This document shows positions 50,520-60,841 of a DNA stretch of 64,000 bases, one piece after another. Within the stretch, counting starts at the first letter, position 1. Each line of letters opens with the position of its first letter. The position numbers were made by a program, and so were the translations under genes. The stretch lies in assembly GCA_048938855.1 (NCBI GenBank), contig JBHLLT010000015.1, positions 1 through 64,000 of the forward strand, given 5' to 3'. The DNA comes from Promethearchaeota archaeon. Lineage in GTDB: Archaea > Asgardarchaeota > Lokiarchaeia > Sigyniarchaeales > SOKP01. The notes beneath the pieces were generated by a model. That model had not been told where the DNA came from, searched no databases, and saw nothing but the letters and a program-made list of their open reading frames with translations.

Positions 50520-51449
50520 ATGTCTTATAAAGATAATTGGAAGGAAGAAAAAAAGAGTAATGAAGAGGAGAAAGAAAAAACTAAAGTTCGATGGGAATTA
50601 AATGACATTCGTGACGAGCTTATGTTCGAATTAGATGATTTGTACGATGATCTACAGGATGAGATTGAAGATATTAGAGATGACGCTGAAGATATTAAGG
50701 ATGATTTATTAGATGATTTGGATGATCTTATGGATGAAAGAGAATCTTTACTAGAGGAAGTTGGGGATTTTAGAGGTGATGTAGCACAATATGGAGATGA
50801 TGCAAGGGACAAAATAGAGAATGCTAAAGAAAAGCTTGAGCATTTAAAAGAAAAAATCAGAAATCATGAAGCCAAGTTTAACGCTAAAGTCATGAAAAAA
50901 GTAGATAAAGCAAAAAGGAAAGCATCTAGGATTAACATATCTGTTGATCCCGGCATGAGTGAAGAGTGGAGAGATTGGGCGGATGGATTAGGCGCTTCTG
51001 TTTCAGAATTGGTTAGAAAGTCGATGAAATTTGTCAAAAATAATATTGGAGACATCGCAAAGTTGGAGAAATTAGGTCGAAATTTGGAGTTAATGGGAGA
51101 AGATATAGAAAAAGCAGTAAAAGAATCAGGTTTAGAGGAAATTGGTGAAAAAATTGAGAAAAAATTAAGCAAAAAGAAAGGTGAACATAAAATTAAATTT
51201 ACAATTGATACTGAATCTAAAAAAGATCAAATTAAAAAGAGAGTAAATGGTCTAATTAAACTCTATAAGAGTTTACCAATTGATAAATTGGCACAAGCAC
51301 TAGAAAAATCCGATGAGGATGCTGAAAACATGATATATGAATTAGTAGCGGAAGAAATTAAAGGGAGTCTTGAAGAAGGAGTATTTAAATTCACTAGTTC
51401 GGAAGAGGAAGTAATAGCAAAAATGAATGAATTAATTGATAAAATGTAA
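50520..51449 (+). CDS. Acidic coiled-coil + ribbon-helix-helix + PCI-like winged-helix protein
   Basis: RINISVD....EEW..WA...GASVSELVRKSM; C-terminal LPIDKLAQAL...AENMIYELV...IKG. Confidence 0.7.
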   Translation: MSYKDNWKEEKKSNEEEKEKTKVRWELNDIRDELMFELDDLYDDLQDEIEDIRDDAEDIKDDLLDDLDDLMDERESLLEEVGDFRGDVAQYGDDARDKIENAKEKLEHLKEKIRNHEAKFNAKVMKKVDKAKRKASRINISVDPGMSEEWRDWADGLGASVSELVRKSMKFVKNNIGDIAKLEKLGRNLELMGEDIEKAVKESGLEEIGEKIEKKLSKKKGEHKIKFTIDTESKKDQIKKRVNGLIKLYKSLPIDKLAQALEKSDEDAENMIYELVAEEIKGSLEEGVFKFTSSEEEVIAKMNELIDKM

Positions 51450-51469
51450 ATGAAAGAGTTAATATAAAA

Positions 51470-52579
51470 ATGATTAATCCGTTTTACACCAAATTGGCAA
51501 AATTGGCAATCAATTACTCTACAGACATTAAAAAAGGAGATAGAGTATTTATTAGTGGTCTCGCTTTAGCAAAAGATCTATTTCAAGCACTTTATGTTGA
51601 AGTTATCAAAGCAGGAGGTCATCCTCTTTTACTTGTCGGAATTGAGGGAATTCAAGAATTAAATTATAAATATGCATCTGAAGAACAACTACAGTATGTA
51701 GATCCAGTAATTAAAAAAGCAATTAAAGAATTTGATGCATATATCGAAATATCAGGAGATTACAATACCCGAAAATTAAGTCTGGTTGACCCAAAATTAA
51801 TTTCAAAATCTAAAGGATCACCTGCCTATAGAGAAATTTGGGAGATTTTAATGAGTAGGCTAGGTTCTAGAGAATTGAAATATCTTGCTTTACCTTTTCC
51901 ATGTAATTCACTAGCTCAGGAGGCAAATATGGATTTATTTTCCTATTTTGAATTTATTGAAAAAGCTTTATACTTGGATAAAGAAGATCCTGTGAAAGAA
52001 TGGTTAGAATTGGAGAAGAAGCAAGAGACACTAGTCGAATATTTAAATAAAGTTGAAAAAATTCAAATTTTTGGAGAAGATACTGAGCTAGTTATATCAA
52101 CTAAAGGTAGAATTTGGGAGAATGATTGTGGACGGTTAAACTTACCTGATGGTGAAGTCGCTACTAGTCCGGTAGAAAATTCTGTTAATGGACATATTCG
52201 ATTTACTTATCCTGGAATATTTCAAGCAAAAGAAATTGAAAATATATACTTAGAATTTAAAGATGGAAACGTAGTGAATTATTCAGCAGATAAAGGTCAA
52301 GAATTATTGGAGGAAATATTAAAAATAGATAATGCTCAGAGATTAGGAGAATTCGCGATTGGCACAAATTATGGTATTACTCAATTTACAAAAAATATGC
52401 TTTTCGATGAGAAAATTGGGGGTACAATTCATTGCGCTCTTGGGGCCGGGTTTAAAGAATTAGGGTCAGAGAATGATAGTGCAATACATTGGGATATTCT
52501 AAAGGATATGAAATCGCCCAATTCTAAAATTTTAGCTGACGGAAAGGTTATCTATGAAGAAGGAAAATGGAAAATTTAA
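51470..52579 (+). CDS. Aminopeptidase, M29 (AmpS/AmpT) family
   Basis: NLPDGEV, GEFAIGTN, LFDEKIGGTIHCALG, SAIHWD. Confidence 0.92.
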   Translation: MINPFYTKLAKLAINYSTDIKKGDRVFISGLALAKDLFQALYVEVIKAGGHPLLLVGIEGIQELNYKYASEEQLQYVDPVIKKAIKEFDAYIEISGDYNTRKLSLVDPKLISKSKGSPAYREIWEILMSRLGSRELKYLALPFPCNSLAQEANMDLFSYFEFIEKALYLDKEDPVKEWLELEKKQETLVEYLNKVEKIQIFGEDTELVISTKGRIWENDCGRLNLPDGEVATSPVENSVNGHIRFTYPGIFQAKEIENIYLEFKDGNVVNYSADKGQELLEEILKIDNAQRLGEFAIGTNYGITQFTKNMLFDEKIGGTIHCALGAGFKELGSENDSAIHWDILKDMKSPNSKILADGKVIYEEGKWKI

Positions 52580-52617
52580 AATTGAACTATAAAAGTTAGG
52601 AGATTAGGGGATAATAT

Positions 52618-53916
52618 ATGGCAGAATTAGCAGATAAGCACACTTTTAGAAAGTATCTCTTTTTTTGGACAGGACAATTATTTTCCTTGTTAGGTTCACT
52701 CATTGTTTTTTTTGTTATATTTGTTTGGATTACAGATGTGACTGGCAGTGCGTTAATGTTAGCATTAGGAAATTTCATTTATTTAATTCCAATGTTAATT
52801 ATTACGCCCTTCGCAGGGGTTATATCAGATCGATATTATCGAAAGAATATAGTTTTAATCGCAGATTCATTACAAGCTTATTTTACATTAATATTAATAA
52901 TATTTTTCATATTCAATGCTGCTCAAGTATGGATTGTATTTATATTTATAGCTATTCGAAGTGTATTTCAATCGTTTCATTCACCAGTGGTAGGAGCTAT
53001 ATTACCTTCTATGGTTCCAAAAGATATGTTAGGTAGAATAAATGGTATTAATTACTTTTTTACCGGACTCATACAGTTAATAGGACCTGCTGTAGGTGCA
53101 ACTTTATTATTCATTTTTCCAATACAAATAGTTTTATGGGTTGATGTAATAACTTATTTTATCGCGTTAATTCCATTAATACTCATTAAAATTCCAAGAG
53201 TTAAGGTTAAATTAGATAAGAATGAAAAAAGTAGCTTTTTTTCAGAAATGAAAGAAGGTTTTGTAGCAATTAGAACAATCCCAGGGCTCTTAACAATCAT
53301 GTTAACTGCTATGCTATTAAATATGCTAATTCAACCATTAGTTGTTCTAATGCCCTATTATATCAAGATTGTAAATAATGGAAATAATTTCATATTAGCA
53401 ATATTGGAGATGGTTTTACAGGGTGGTATGATTGTAGGAGCAATTGTTCCTTCAATAAAGAAAAAATGGAATAATTCGATAAAAACTATGATTATTGGAA
53501 TAGTGGTGTTAAATATTGGCTATTTAATGTATGCAATTGCTCCAATTGGTTTTTATCCAATGATGGCTTTAGGAGCATTGCTTCTTGGTTTTGTTCTTCC
53601 TATAATAAATACCATAGTTCTAACAATTGTTCAAAAAACAATTCCCCAAAATAAGATGGGAAGAGTATTTTCAATTCTTAACACACTTTCTATGGTCGCT
53701 TCACCAATTGGAGCGATAGTATCAGGTCCGTTAAGTGAAATCTTTGGCATCTCCTGGCTTTATTTCTATTGTGCTATATTTGGTATAATTATAACAATAT
53801 CTGCCTATTTGTTTACTAGCCTACGACATGTAAATTATGATAAAGAAATAAATGGTGATAAAGAAATGATAATTGAGAAAACAATAGCAAAAAGGGGTAA
53901 TAGTATAAATGATTAA
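52618..53916 (+). CDS. MFS efflux permease, DHA3/MefA-like
   Basis: FW.GQ.FSLLGS, PFAGV..DR, MVPK..L.RING. Confidence 0.88.
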   Translation: MAELADKHTFRKYLFFWTGQLFSLLGSLIVFFVIFVWITDVTGSALMLALGNFIYLIPMLIITPFAGVISDRYYRKNIVLIADSLQAYFTLILIIFFIFNAAQVWIVFIFIAIRSVFQSFHSPVVGAILPSMVPKDMLGRINGINYFFTGLIQLIGPAVGATLLFIFPIQIVLWVDVITYFIALIPLILIKIPRVKVKLDKNEKSSFFSEMKEGFVAIRTIPGLLTIMLTAMLLNMLIQPLVVLMPYYIKIVNNGNNFILAILEMVLQGGMIVGAIVPSIKKKWNNSIKTMIIGIVVLNIGYLMYAIAPIGFYPMMALGALLLGFVLPIINTIVLTIVQKTIPQNKMGRVFSILNTLSMVASPIGAIVSGPLSEIFGISWLYFYCAIFGIIITISAYLFTSLRHVNYDKEINGDKEMIIEKTIAKRGNSIND

Positions 53917-55018
53917 TCCAATTTATGAAAAACTCGCAAAATTAGTAGTAGAATATTCACTTGAGATAGAAAAAGGACAAACAGTCTTTATTGGAGGTCC
54001 TGCTTTCGCTCAGGAATTATTCCAAGCATTATATATAGAATTAATTAAAACAGGCGCTCATGTTCTGGTAAGCCCTAAATTAGATGGTATTAGGGAAAGT
54101 CGATTCAAATATGGAACTAAAGAACAATTGCAATATGTTAGTAAATTTGAAGAGATGGTATTTAAGGACTTTGATCGTCTAATTGAAATAAGAGCAGATT
54201 ATAACACTCGTTCTTATAGTAATGTTGATCCTAAAAAACTGGCAATGTTTATGAATGTACCAAAAAGAAAAGAGTTAAGGGAGATTCAAGAAAAGAGGGC
54301 CTCACGGGGAGAACTAAAGTGGATTGTAATTCCTTTTCCTTGTAACGCTCATGCTCAGGAAGCAAATATGGATTTGTTTTCATATGCTGAATTCATAAAT
54401 AAGAGTTTATTCTTAGATATAGACAATCCTGTGGATGAATGGAGAAAAATGCAGAAGACCCAAGATTTAATTATAGAGTATCTGAATAAGGTTAAAAACA
54501 TTCAAGTTATTGGTGAAGATACTGATTTAAGGCTCTCTGTGAATGACCGTAAATGGATAAATTGCAGCGGACATAGAAATTTACCTGATGGAGAAGTATA
54601 TACCGGTCCAGTCGAAGATTCAGTTAATGGGCATATTAGGTTTACATATCCAGGGATTTATATGGGGAAAGAAGTAGAAAACATCTACTTAGAGTTTAAA
54701 GATGGAGAAGTAGTTAAAGCAACGGCAACAATAGGGGAAGATGTTCTTCAAGAGGTATTGAAAGTGGAAAATGCAAAAATAATTGGAGAGTTCGCAATTG
54801 GAACAAATTTTGGGATCAATAAATTCACTAAAAATATACTCTTTGATGAAAAAATGGGAGGAACATTACACTGCGCTTTAGGTCTTGGGTTTGAACAAAC
54901 AGGTTCAAAAAATAGATCTGCAATTCATTGGGATATTTTAAAAGATATGAAAGTCCCAGGATCAAAAATAATTGCTGATGGTAATGTAATTTATGAAGAA
55001 GGAAATTGGAAAATTTAA
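53909..55018 (+). CDS. Aminopeptidase, M29 family (paralog)
   Basis: NLPDGEV, LFDEKMGGTLHCALG, SAIHWD. Confidence 0.92.
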   Translation: MINPIYEKLAKLVVEYSLEIEKGQTVFIGGPAFAQELFQALYIELIKTGAHVLVSPKLDGIRESRFKYGTKEQLQYVSKFEEMVFKDFDRLIEIRADYNTRSYSNVDPKKLAMFMNVPKRKELREIQEKRASRGELKWIVIPFPCNAHAQEANMDLFSYAEFINKSLFLDIDNPVDEWRKMQKTQDLIIEYLNKVKNIQVIGEDTDLRLSVNDRKWINCSGHRNLPDGEVYTGPVEDSVNGHIRFTYPGIYMGKEVENIYLEFKDGEVVKATATIGEDVLQEVLKVENAKIIGEFAIGTNFGINKFTKNILFDEKMGGTLHCALGLGFEQTGSKNRSAIHWDILKDMKVPGSKIIADGNVIYEEGNWKI

Positions 55019-55086
55019 ATTGAATAATTTAATAAAAAAAAAAATCAAACAAAAAAATAAAAAAAATAGGAAATTAGGGGAAAAAA

Positions 55087-56373
55087 ATGGAAGAAATTGC
55101 TAATAATAGCACTTTTAAGAGCTATATGTTCTTTTGGAGCGGTCAAATATTCTCTCTGCTTGGTTCGATGGTTGTATTTTTTGCAATTAATTTTTGGATT
55201 GCATTTATTTACAATGATCCAATAATAAGTGCTTTTGCATCATTTCTGGGAGTTTTAATGATGACAATTTGTATGCCTTTTGCTGGAGTATTAGCAGATA
55301 GACTTAATCGAAAAATACTCATTATAGTTGCAGATGCTTTACAAGCTTATGTTACAATCCTACTGATAATAATTTTTAATTTCGGGATGGCTAATATCTG
55401 GATTGTTTACATTTTTATCAGTCTTCGTTCAATGTTTCAAGCTTTTCACGTCCCTACTGTAAATGCAATTATTCCTACTATGGTTCCAAAAGATAAGCTC
55501 TCAAGAATTAATGGGGTGAATTTTTTATTTACAGGTGTAGTACAACTCCTTGCACCAGTTATAGGGGCATTGATGTTACTGTTTTTATCAGTAAATATGA
55601 TTTTTTGGGTAGATATCATAACATTTTTTATTGCATTAATCCCTTTATTACTAATTTCTATCCCTTCAGTAAGACAAATCAATCATTCAGGGCAAAAAAA
55701 GGAAAAAAATTCATTTTTAAGAGATTTTAGACTGGGGCTCAAAACATTGAAATTAATTCCAGGATTAGTCGTTTTGGTTATTTTATCAATGTTATTAAAC
55801 TTTTTAGTCCAACCAATTAATTCACTTATGTCATTGTTTATTATTGATGTACATGGAGGAGGTCCAGCGCAATTAGCACTAGCAGAAATTACTTTTACTA
55901 GTGGAATGATTATTGGAGCGATAGTAACTTCAATTAAAAAAAACTGGAAAAATAAGATTAGAGTTATTTTTATTAGTCTTGTTATCGCCCTTCTTGGATA
56001 CATGATATTTGCTGTTGCACCTAGAGGAAATTATTATATAATGGGTCTTGGCGGAGCTATATTAGGATTTAATTTGCCAATCGTAAATGCACTCTATCAA
56101 ACCTTTATGCAGACTACAGTACCTTTCGATAAACTAGGAAGAGTAACATCAATTGATAGTACTTTATCTTCAGCGATCTCTCCGGTTGGTTCATTGTTAG
56201 CAGGACCAATAGCATTACTCATTGGTATTCCATCGTTGTTTTTTTTCAGTGGATTTCTTGGTGTGGCATGTACGATCCTCTTTTGGACATTTACAGGTAT
56301 TAGGAAAATTGATGTTGACAGTAAAAGTGCTTTAGAAGAAATCAATGGAAAAATTGAAAATATCGCAATCTAA
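55087..56373 (+). CDS. MFS efflux permease, DHA3/MefA-like (paralog 2)
   Basis: Same motifs as 52618. Confidence 0.88.
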   Translation: MEEIANNSTFKSYMFFWSGQIFSLLGSMVVFFAINFWIAFIYNDPIISAFASFLGVLMMTICMPFAGVLADRLNRKILIIVADALQAYVTILLIIIFNFGMANIWIVYIFISLRSMFQAFHVPTVNAIIPTMVPKDKLSRINGVNFLFTGVVQLLAPVIGALMLLFLSVNMIFWVDIITFFIALIPLLLISIPSVRQINHSGQKKEKNSFLRDFRLGLKTLKLIPGLVVLVILSMLLNFLVQPINSLMSLFIIDVHGGGPAQLALAEITFTSGMIIGAIVTSIKKNWKNKIRVIFISLVIALLGYMIFAVAPRGNYYIMGLGGAILGFNLPIVNALYQTFMQTTVPFDKLGRVTSIDSTLSSAISPVGSLLAGPIALLIGIPSLFFFSGFLGVACTILFWTFTGIRKIDVDSKSALEEINGKIENIAI

Positions 56374-56419
56374 TTTTTTTCTCTTTTTTAAAAAAAACTT
56401 TTAATTAAAGGTAAGAAAA

Positions 56420-57703
56420 ATGACAGAAAATTTAGCAAATAAACATACTTTTAACAATTATCTCATTTTTTGGGTAGGGCAATTATTTTCAGTGTTAGGA
56501 TCATCAATTTCACAGTTTGCGATTATTTGGTGGATAACGGATACAACAGGGAGTACAACTCTTCTCTCATTAGCCAGTTTTCTTTATGTATTACCAATGA
56601 CTATTGTGATCGCTTTATCTGGCGTAATAATTGATAAATGGAATCGGAAAGTAATTATTGTGATTGTAGATTCATTACAAGCATATGTTATGCTTTTAGT
56701 AATCATAATATTTAATTTAGGAGGAGCCAATCCAATATTAATAGTCTCAATAATGAGTCTACTGGGAATTTTTCAAGGTTTTCACATCCCTACTCTAGGA
56801 GCTATTGTTCCTACCATGGTTCCTAAGGATAAGCTGAGTAGAATGAATGGGCTAAACTTTTTCTTTAGAAGTTTTATTCAAATCATTGGTCCAGTGATTG
56901 GCGCTTTATTATTTTCATTTATTCCATTTGAAACCATACTTTGGATTGATCCGCTTACATTTATTTTTGCTTTGATTCCATTATTGGCTATTAAGATTCC
57001 TAAAATCAAACAGAAAGTTTCAACTGTGGAGAAAAATTCATTTTTAGAAGACTTTAAAGATGGAATCCGAACATTAAAATCAATTCCAGAAGTTCTTATG
57101 ATGCTTGTAATATCAATGTTTATTAACTTTCTTTTAGTCCCAGTGAATATTTTGATGCCGTATTTCATTAGATATAACCATTCTGGTGATGCATCCAATC
57201 TTGCATTTATTATTGCTTTTATGAATGGTGGTATGCTTTTAGGGGCATTAATTACTTCGTTAAAGAAAGAATGGAAGCATGCTCTTTTCATCTATTTTGG
57301 GTTTGAGTTCATCTTAATGATGAATAGCGGCTTAATCGCCTTAACGCCATTTCAATTATTTCTAATGCTGGGTATTGTAGGTGGTATTACAGGCATTACA
57401 ATCCCTATACTTAATACAATATATTTAACAATCATGCAAACTAAAGTTCCTCCAGATAAAATGGGTAGGTTATCTTCTCTTGATTGGGCGATCTCATCTG
57501 CAATATCTCCAATTGCAACTATAATTACAGGGCCATTATCAGAACTAATTGGAATAACAAGTTTATTTCTTACGTGTTCAATTATGGGAATGATTATTAC
57601 ATTGATATTGTGGTGGATCGCACACATTCGAGTAAAAACGTACTATAAGAGGAAGGAAGTTAAAGAACTTAGTAGGGAAGCTGAAAGTATAATTCTAGAA
57701 TAA
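56420..57703 (+). CDS. MFS efflux permease, DHA3/MefA-like (paralog 3)
   Basis: Same motifs as 52618. Confidence 0.88.
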   Translation: MTENLANKHTFNNYLIFWVGQLFSVLGSSISQFAIIWWITDTTGSTTLLSLASFLYVLPMTIVIALSGVIIDKWNRKVIIVIVDSLQAYVMLLVIIIFNLGGANPILIVSIMSLLGIFQGFHIPTLGAIVPTMVPKDKLSRMNGLNFFFRSFIQIIGPVIGALLFSFIPFETILWIDPLTFIFALIPLLAIKIPKIKQKVSTVEKNSFLEDFKDGIRTLKSIPEVLMMLVISMFINFLLVPVNILMPYFIRYNHSGDASNLAFIIAFMNGGMLLGALITSLKKEWKHALFIYFGFEFILMMNSGLIALTPFQLFLMLGIVGGITGITIPILNTIYLTIMQTKVPPDKMGRLSSLDWAISSAISPIATIITGPLSELIGITSLFLTCSIMGMIITLILWWIAHIRVKTYYKRKEVKELSREAESIILE

Positions 57704-57727
57704 AAAAACAAACACTTCTTTTTTTTT

Positions 57728-58231
57728 TTACTTTAAATTATCATCTTGGGTATTTAACCAATTTAATAAATCTTTACTCTTTTTAGGGAACAAATTACTT
57801 AAAATCTCTCTTGCCGTTTTTACAACGTTAGGGTCTTCATCCGAAAGTACACAATTTTCCAAAAAATTATAAGCTTTATCACTTTTGAGTTCTAAAATTT
57901 TGAATGCTAGCAAACTTATCTTTCTAATTTCTTCATTATCATTGTTTTCAAGAAAATAATTTAACATTTCAACAGCATCTGATTTACTCATCTGATTTGT
58001 TGTAACATAATCATATATTTTAGCTACAGTTAGGTCTTTATTAATGAAATCAAGTGCATCTTGATATAAAGTTTTATTCAAAGAGTTAATACTTTTATTT
58101 TTTCTCCTTAAATCGAATGGACATGCATGATTCTCTGGTAATCTATGCTTGGTACAAAATATCATACCACAAAATTTGCATCTATATGGGATATCTTTTA
58201 TATCAACATCACAAAAATAACAATTTAACAA
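57728..58231 (-). CDS. AN1-type zinc finger protein with HEAT-like C-terminus
   Basis: C..C......PYRCKFCG..FC..HRLPENHAC. Confidence 0.85.
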   Translation of the reverse strand: MLNCYFCDVDIKDIPYRCKFCGMIFCTKHRLPENHACPFDLRRKNKSINSLNKTLYQDALDFINKDLTVAKIYDYVTTNQMSKSDAVEMLNYFLENNDNEEIRKISLLAFKILELKSDKAYNFLENCVLSDEDPNVVKTAREILSNLFPKKSKDLLNWLNTQDDNLK

Positions 58232-58306
58232 GATAAAAAAATTAGATTATGAATTTTATAATTTAATATCCATTAGGATAATTTCATTTAAAACTCCTAT
58301 ACAAAT

Positions 58307-60706
58307 TTACAATAAATGTTCCAATCTATCAATAATATCATTCTGAATAGGAGTTCCAAGATCAATAAATGTAGCATTATAACCTCCTACTTTTACTATT
58401 AAATCTGGATATTTTTCAGGATTTTTCTGAGCATCTCTCAAGGTCTCAGTTGAAACCGCATTTGGTTGGAGTTGCATACCTCCATTATCAAAATATCCTT
58501 TCAAAAGAAAATAAAATTTTTCAATATTTTCTTCATTTATTAGATTTTGAGGGTGGATTCTGATATTCAAAGCGATTCCATTTGTCGCATAATCATAATT
58601 TAATTTTGCGACTGAATTTAAAATTGCGGTAAGCCCTTCTTTTTCAACATTGTTCACGGGAGAAAGACTATTAGAGATAGCTTCCATCGCTTTCCTGCCA
58701 TCTGCTGTAGGTTGAGTAAAAAATCCTTCCATAACATGAATTCCCATGGAATACGCTCCTGCACTATATTTTCCTCCTCTTATCGTTTTCTGTTTACCTA
58801 CTTCAGTACAAAATAAATACCATAGATTATTAGCAAATGAATCTATTTCTTCTTTGTCATTTCCCCATTTTTGATATTTATTTATTAGGTGTTGTCGAAA
58901 AGCTTCTTGGCCTTCAAAATTTGAATTTAAAACTTTAATGAATTCGGGTAAAGAAATTAAATTTTCCTCATAAACAACTTTCTTAATATTATAGAGAGAA
59001 TCAACTAAAGTAGCAAAGCCATAAGCAGTAATAGATGAAAAATTATATTTTGCACCCCCACAAACATAATCTTTTCCATTTTCCATACATCCTTCTATAC
59101 CTGCTGAAATGAATGGGTGTTGCATATATTTCATTGCTTCCTCATCTCCTATTTGGGCGATCTCTGCAGATTTTTCAATATTGAATCTTAACTGCTCTTT
59201 AAAAGCTTTAAATAATTTGTCAAAGGTGGAAAAGTTTGCCGGATCTCCAGTTTGTAAACCATCAATCGTTTTTGATAAATTACTATAGCCATTATTCAAG
59301 ACTAATTCAAGAATTCCTGGCAAGTTCATAAACATACGACCAGTGGCAGAAAAACTATTACCTTGGCCCGAAGGTTCAACGCAACCAATAATTACATAAT
59401 TTATAGCATCTTCTAATGAATAACCTGCTTTAACCAACGCAGGAATATGTATATCATCATTGTAAAAAGCGATGCCTGACGTAGAGCTAAGAACCTTTAA
59501 AGCCTCCTTTAAAAATTCTTTTGGAGTATTTTTATGGATTCTAATTGACAGATCAGTAGTAAATATTTTAACTTTTTTATAAGCTTCAAGAAAAAGGTAA
59601 GATAATTCATTTGTTGCATCATTACCCTTTATATCCATACCAGAAATTGTAATTGTTTGAGTGTTTTGCCCAAGTGCATTAGCGACCATCGTAAAATCAA
59701 TTGGTAATAACGTTAAATTCCACGTTAATTTTAGATTCAATTCTTCTATTAATTCTAGTGCGAATTGACGGTTAATTTTTCTTAATGATATGTCTTTTTG
59801 ATAATATGGCCATAGGATTTGATCTAATCTTCCAAGAGCAAGAACACTGCGTTGGTAGATGATGTTTGCAATATTCTGAGAAAAATTAATATATTGAACC
59901 GCTTCATAAAAAGTCTCTGGAGGATTTTCAGTAAACTTTTGCATCATATCTCCAATATGTTTAAGTTCTGATTTTCTAGAAGCATTTTCCTCTGTTGCTG
60001 ATAATTTGATTGCTAGATTGGAATATCTCTTACAGAATTCTATTGCACTATTGTAATAAATTTTAACAGCTTCATAGAAGTTACTTTTCTCTTGGAAATT
60101 TTTATCACTTTTCTTCAAGTTGCGTTGAAAAGATTCAGCTTCTTCAATAATACCTTTATAACCTAACTTCAATAGTTTTTCGTATCCTGCACATACATGC
60201 CCTTCAGTAGTTCCCTGATGAATAGCAATATTAGGAGCTAATGAGGTTATTTTTCCTTCTCCTGTTATTAAACCTTCTTTTAATAGTCGCTTGTTTATCC
60301 TATCTGCTACAAGCGATCTACCTTCCCAAAATGGAATCATATCTAATAATTCATCACGATTTTCATCTGAAATAAAAAAGGGTTGTAGCTTTCTTCTAGC
60401 AAGCTTTTTGTATGTACTAGGTTTATCTAAACTATTATCATATCTTAGAAGATCAAGATTGATTTTTTCTGCTAAAGGTTTACTTGTTTCATTTCCCACT
60501 AATAATTCATCATCTCTGATGAAAATAGTCATGTTCTTTAAAGTGTGTGCTATTGCTTTAGCCCGCTTTATAACTTCTGGGTCATTAGAACATTGCTTAT
60601 AAATTTCCGTAAAATACCTCATGCGTTCAATGCATATTTCATATTTACTGGATAGTAAGTTATTTTTTAGCCTAGTAATTCTATCTAATGATGCTTCAAC
60701 TATCAT
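58307..60706 (-). CDS. Glycyl radical enzyme (PFL2-like)
   Basis: I...ELLVG, LGRLDQ.L.PYY, IGCVEP Cys loop, DAQK.PE.Y.DL.VKVGGY. Confidence 0.9.
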   Translation of the reverse strand: MIVEASLDRITRLKNNLLSSKYEICIERMRYFTEIYKQCSNDPEVIKRAKAIAHTLKNMTIFIRDDELLVGNETSKPLAEKINLDLLRYDNSLDKPSTYKKLARRKLQPFFISDENRDELLDMIPFWEGRSLVADRINKRLLKEGLITGEGKITSLAPNIAIHQGTTEGHVCAGYEKLLKLGYKGIIEEAESFQRNLKKSDKNFQEKSNFYEAVKIYYNSAIEFCKRYSNLAIKLSATEENASRKSELKHIGDMMQKFTENPPETFYEAVQYINFSQNIANIIYQRSVLALGRLDQILWPYYQKDISLRKINRQFALELIEELNLKLTWNLTLLPIDFTMVANALGQNTQTITISGMDIKGNDATNELSYLFLEAYKKVKIFTTDLSIRIHKNTPKEFLKEALKVLSSTSGIAFYNDDIHIPALVKAGYSLEDAINYVIIGCVEPSGQGNSFSATGRMFMNLPGILELVLNNGYSNLSKTIDGLQTGDPANFSTFDKLFKAFKEQLRFNIEKSAEIAQIGDEEAMKYMQHPFISAGIEGCMENGKDYVCGGAKYNFSSITAYGFATLVDSLYNIKKVVYEENLISLPEFIKVLNSNFEGQEAFRQHLINKYQKWGNDKEEIDSFANNLWYLFCTEVGKQKTIRGGKYSAGAYSMGIHVMEGFFTQPTADGRKAMEAISNSLSPVNNVEKEGLTAILNSVAKLNYDYATNGIALNIRIHPQNLINEENIEKFYFLLKGYFDNGGMQLQPNAVSTETLRDAQKNPEKYPDLIVKVGGYNATFIDLGTPIQNDIIDRLEHLL

Positions 60707-60841
60707 TGTCTGTCAATCAAATTGAATAATAAATTATTTAAAATAATTTGAAAGCTAATTACTATTTATAATTAATGGTTCAATAAATTAATTGAAATTT
60801 AGGTAAATTATATCATATTAAAGTTATAATAATTTAAAGAG

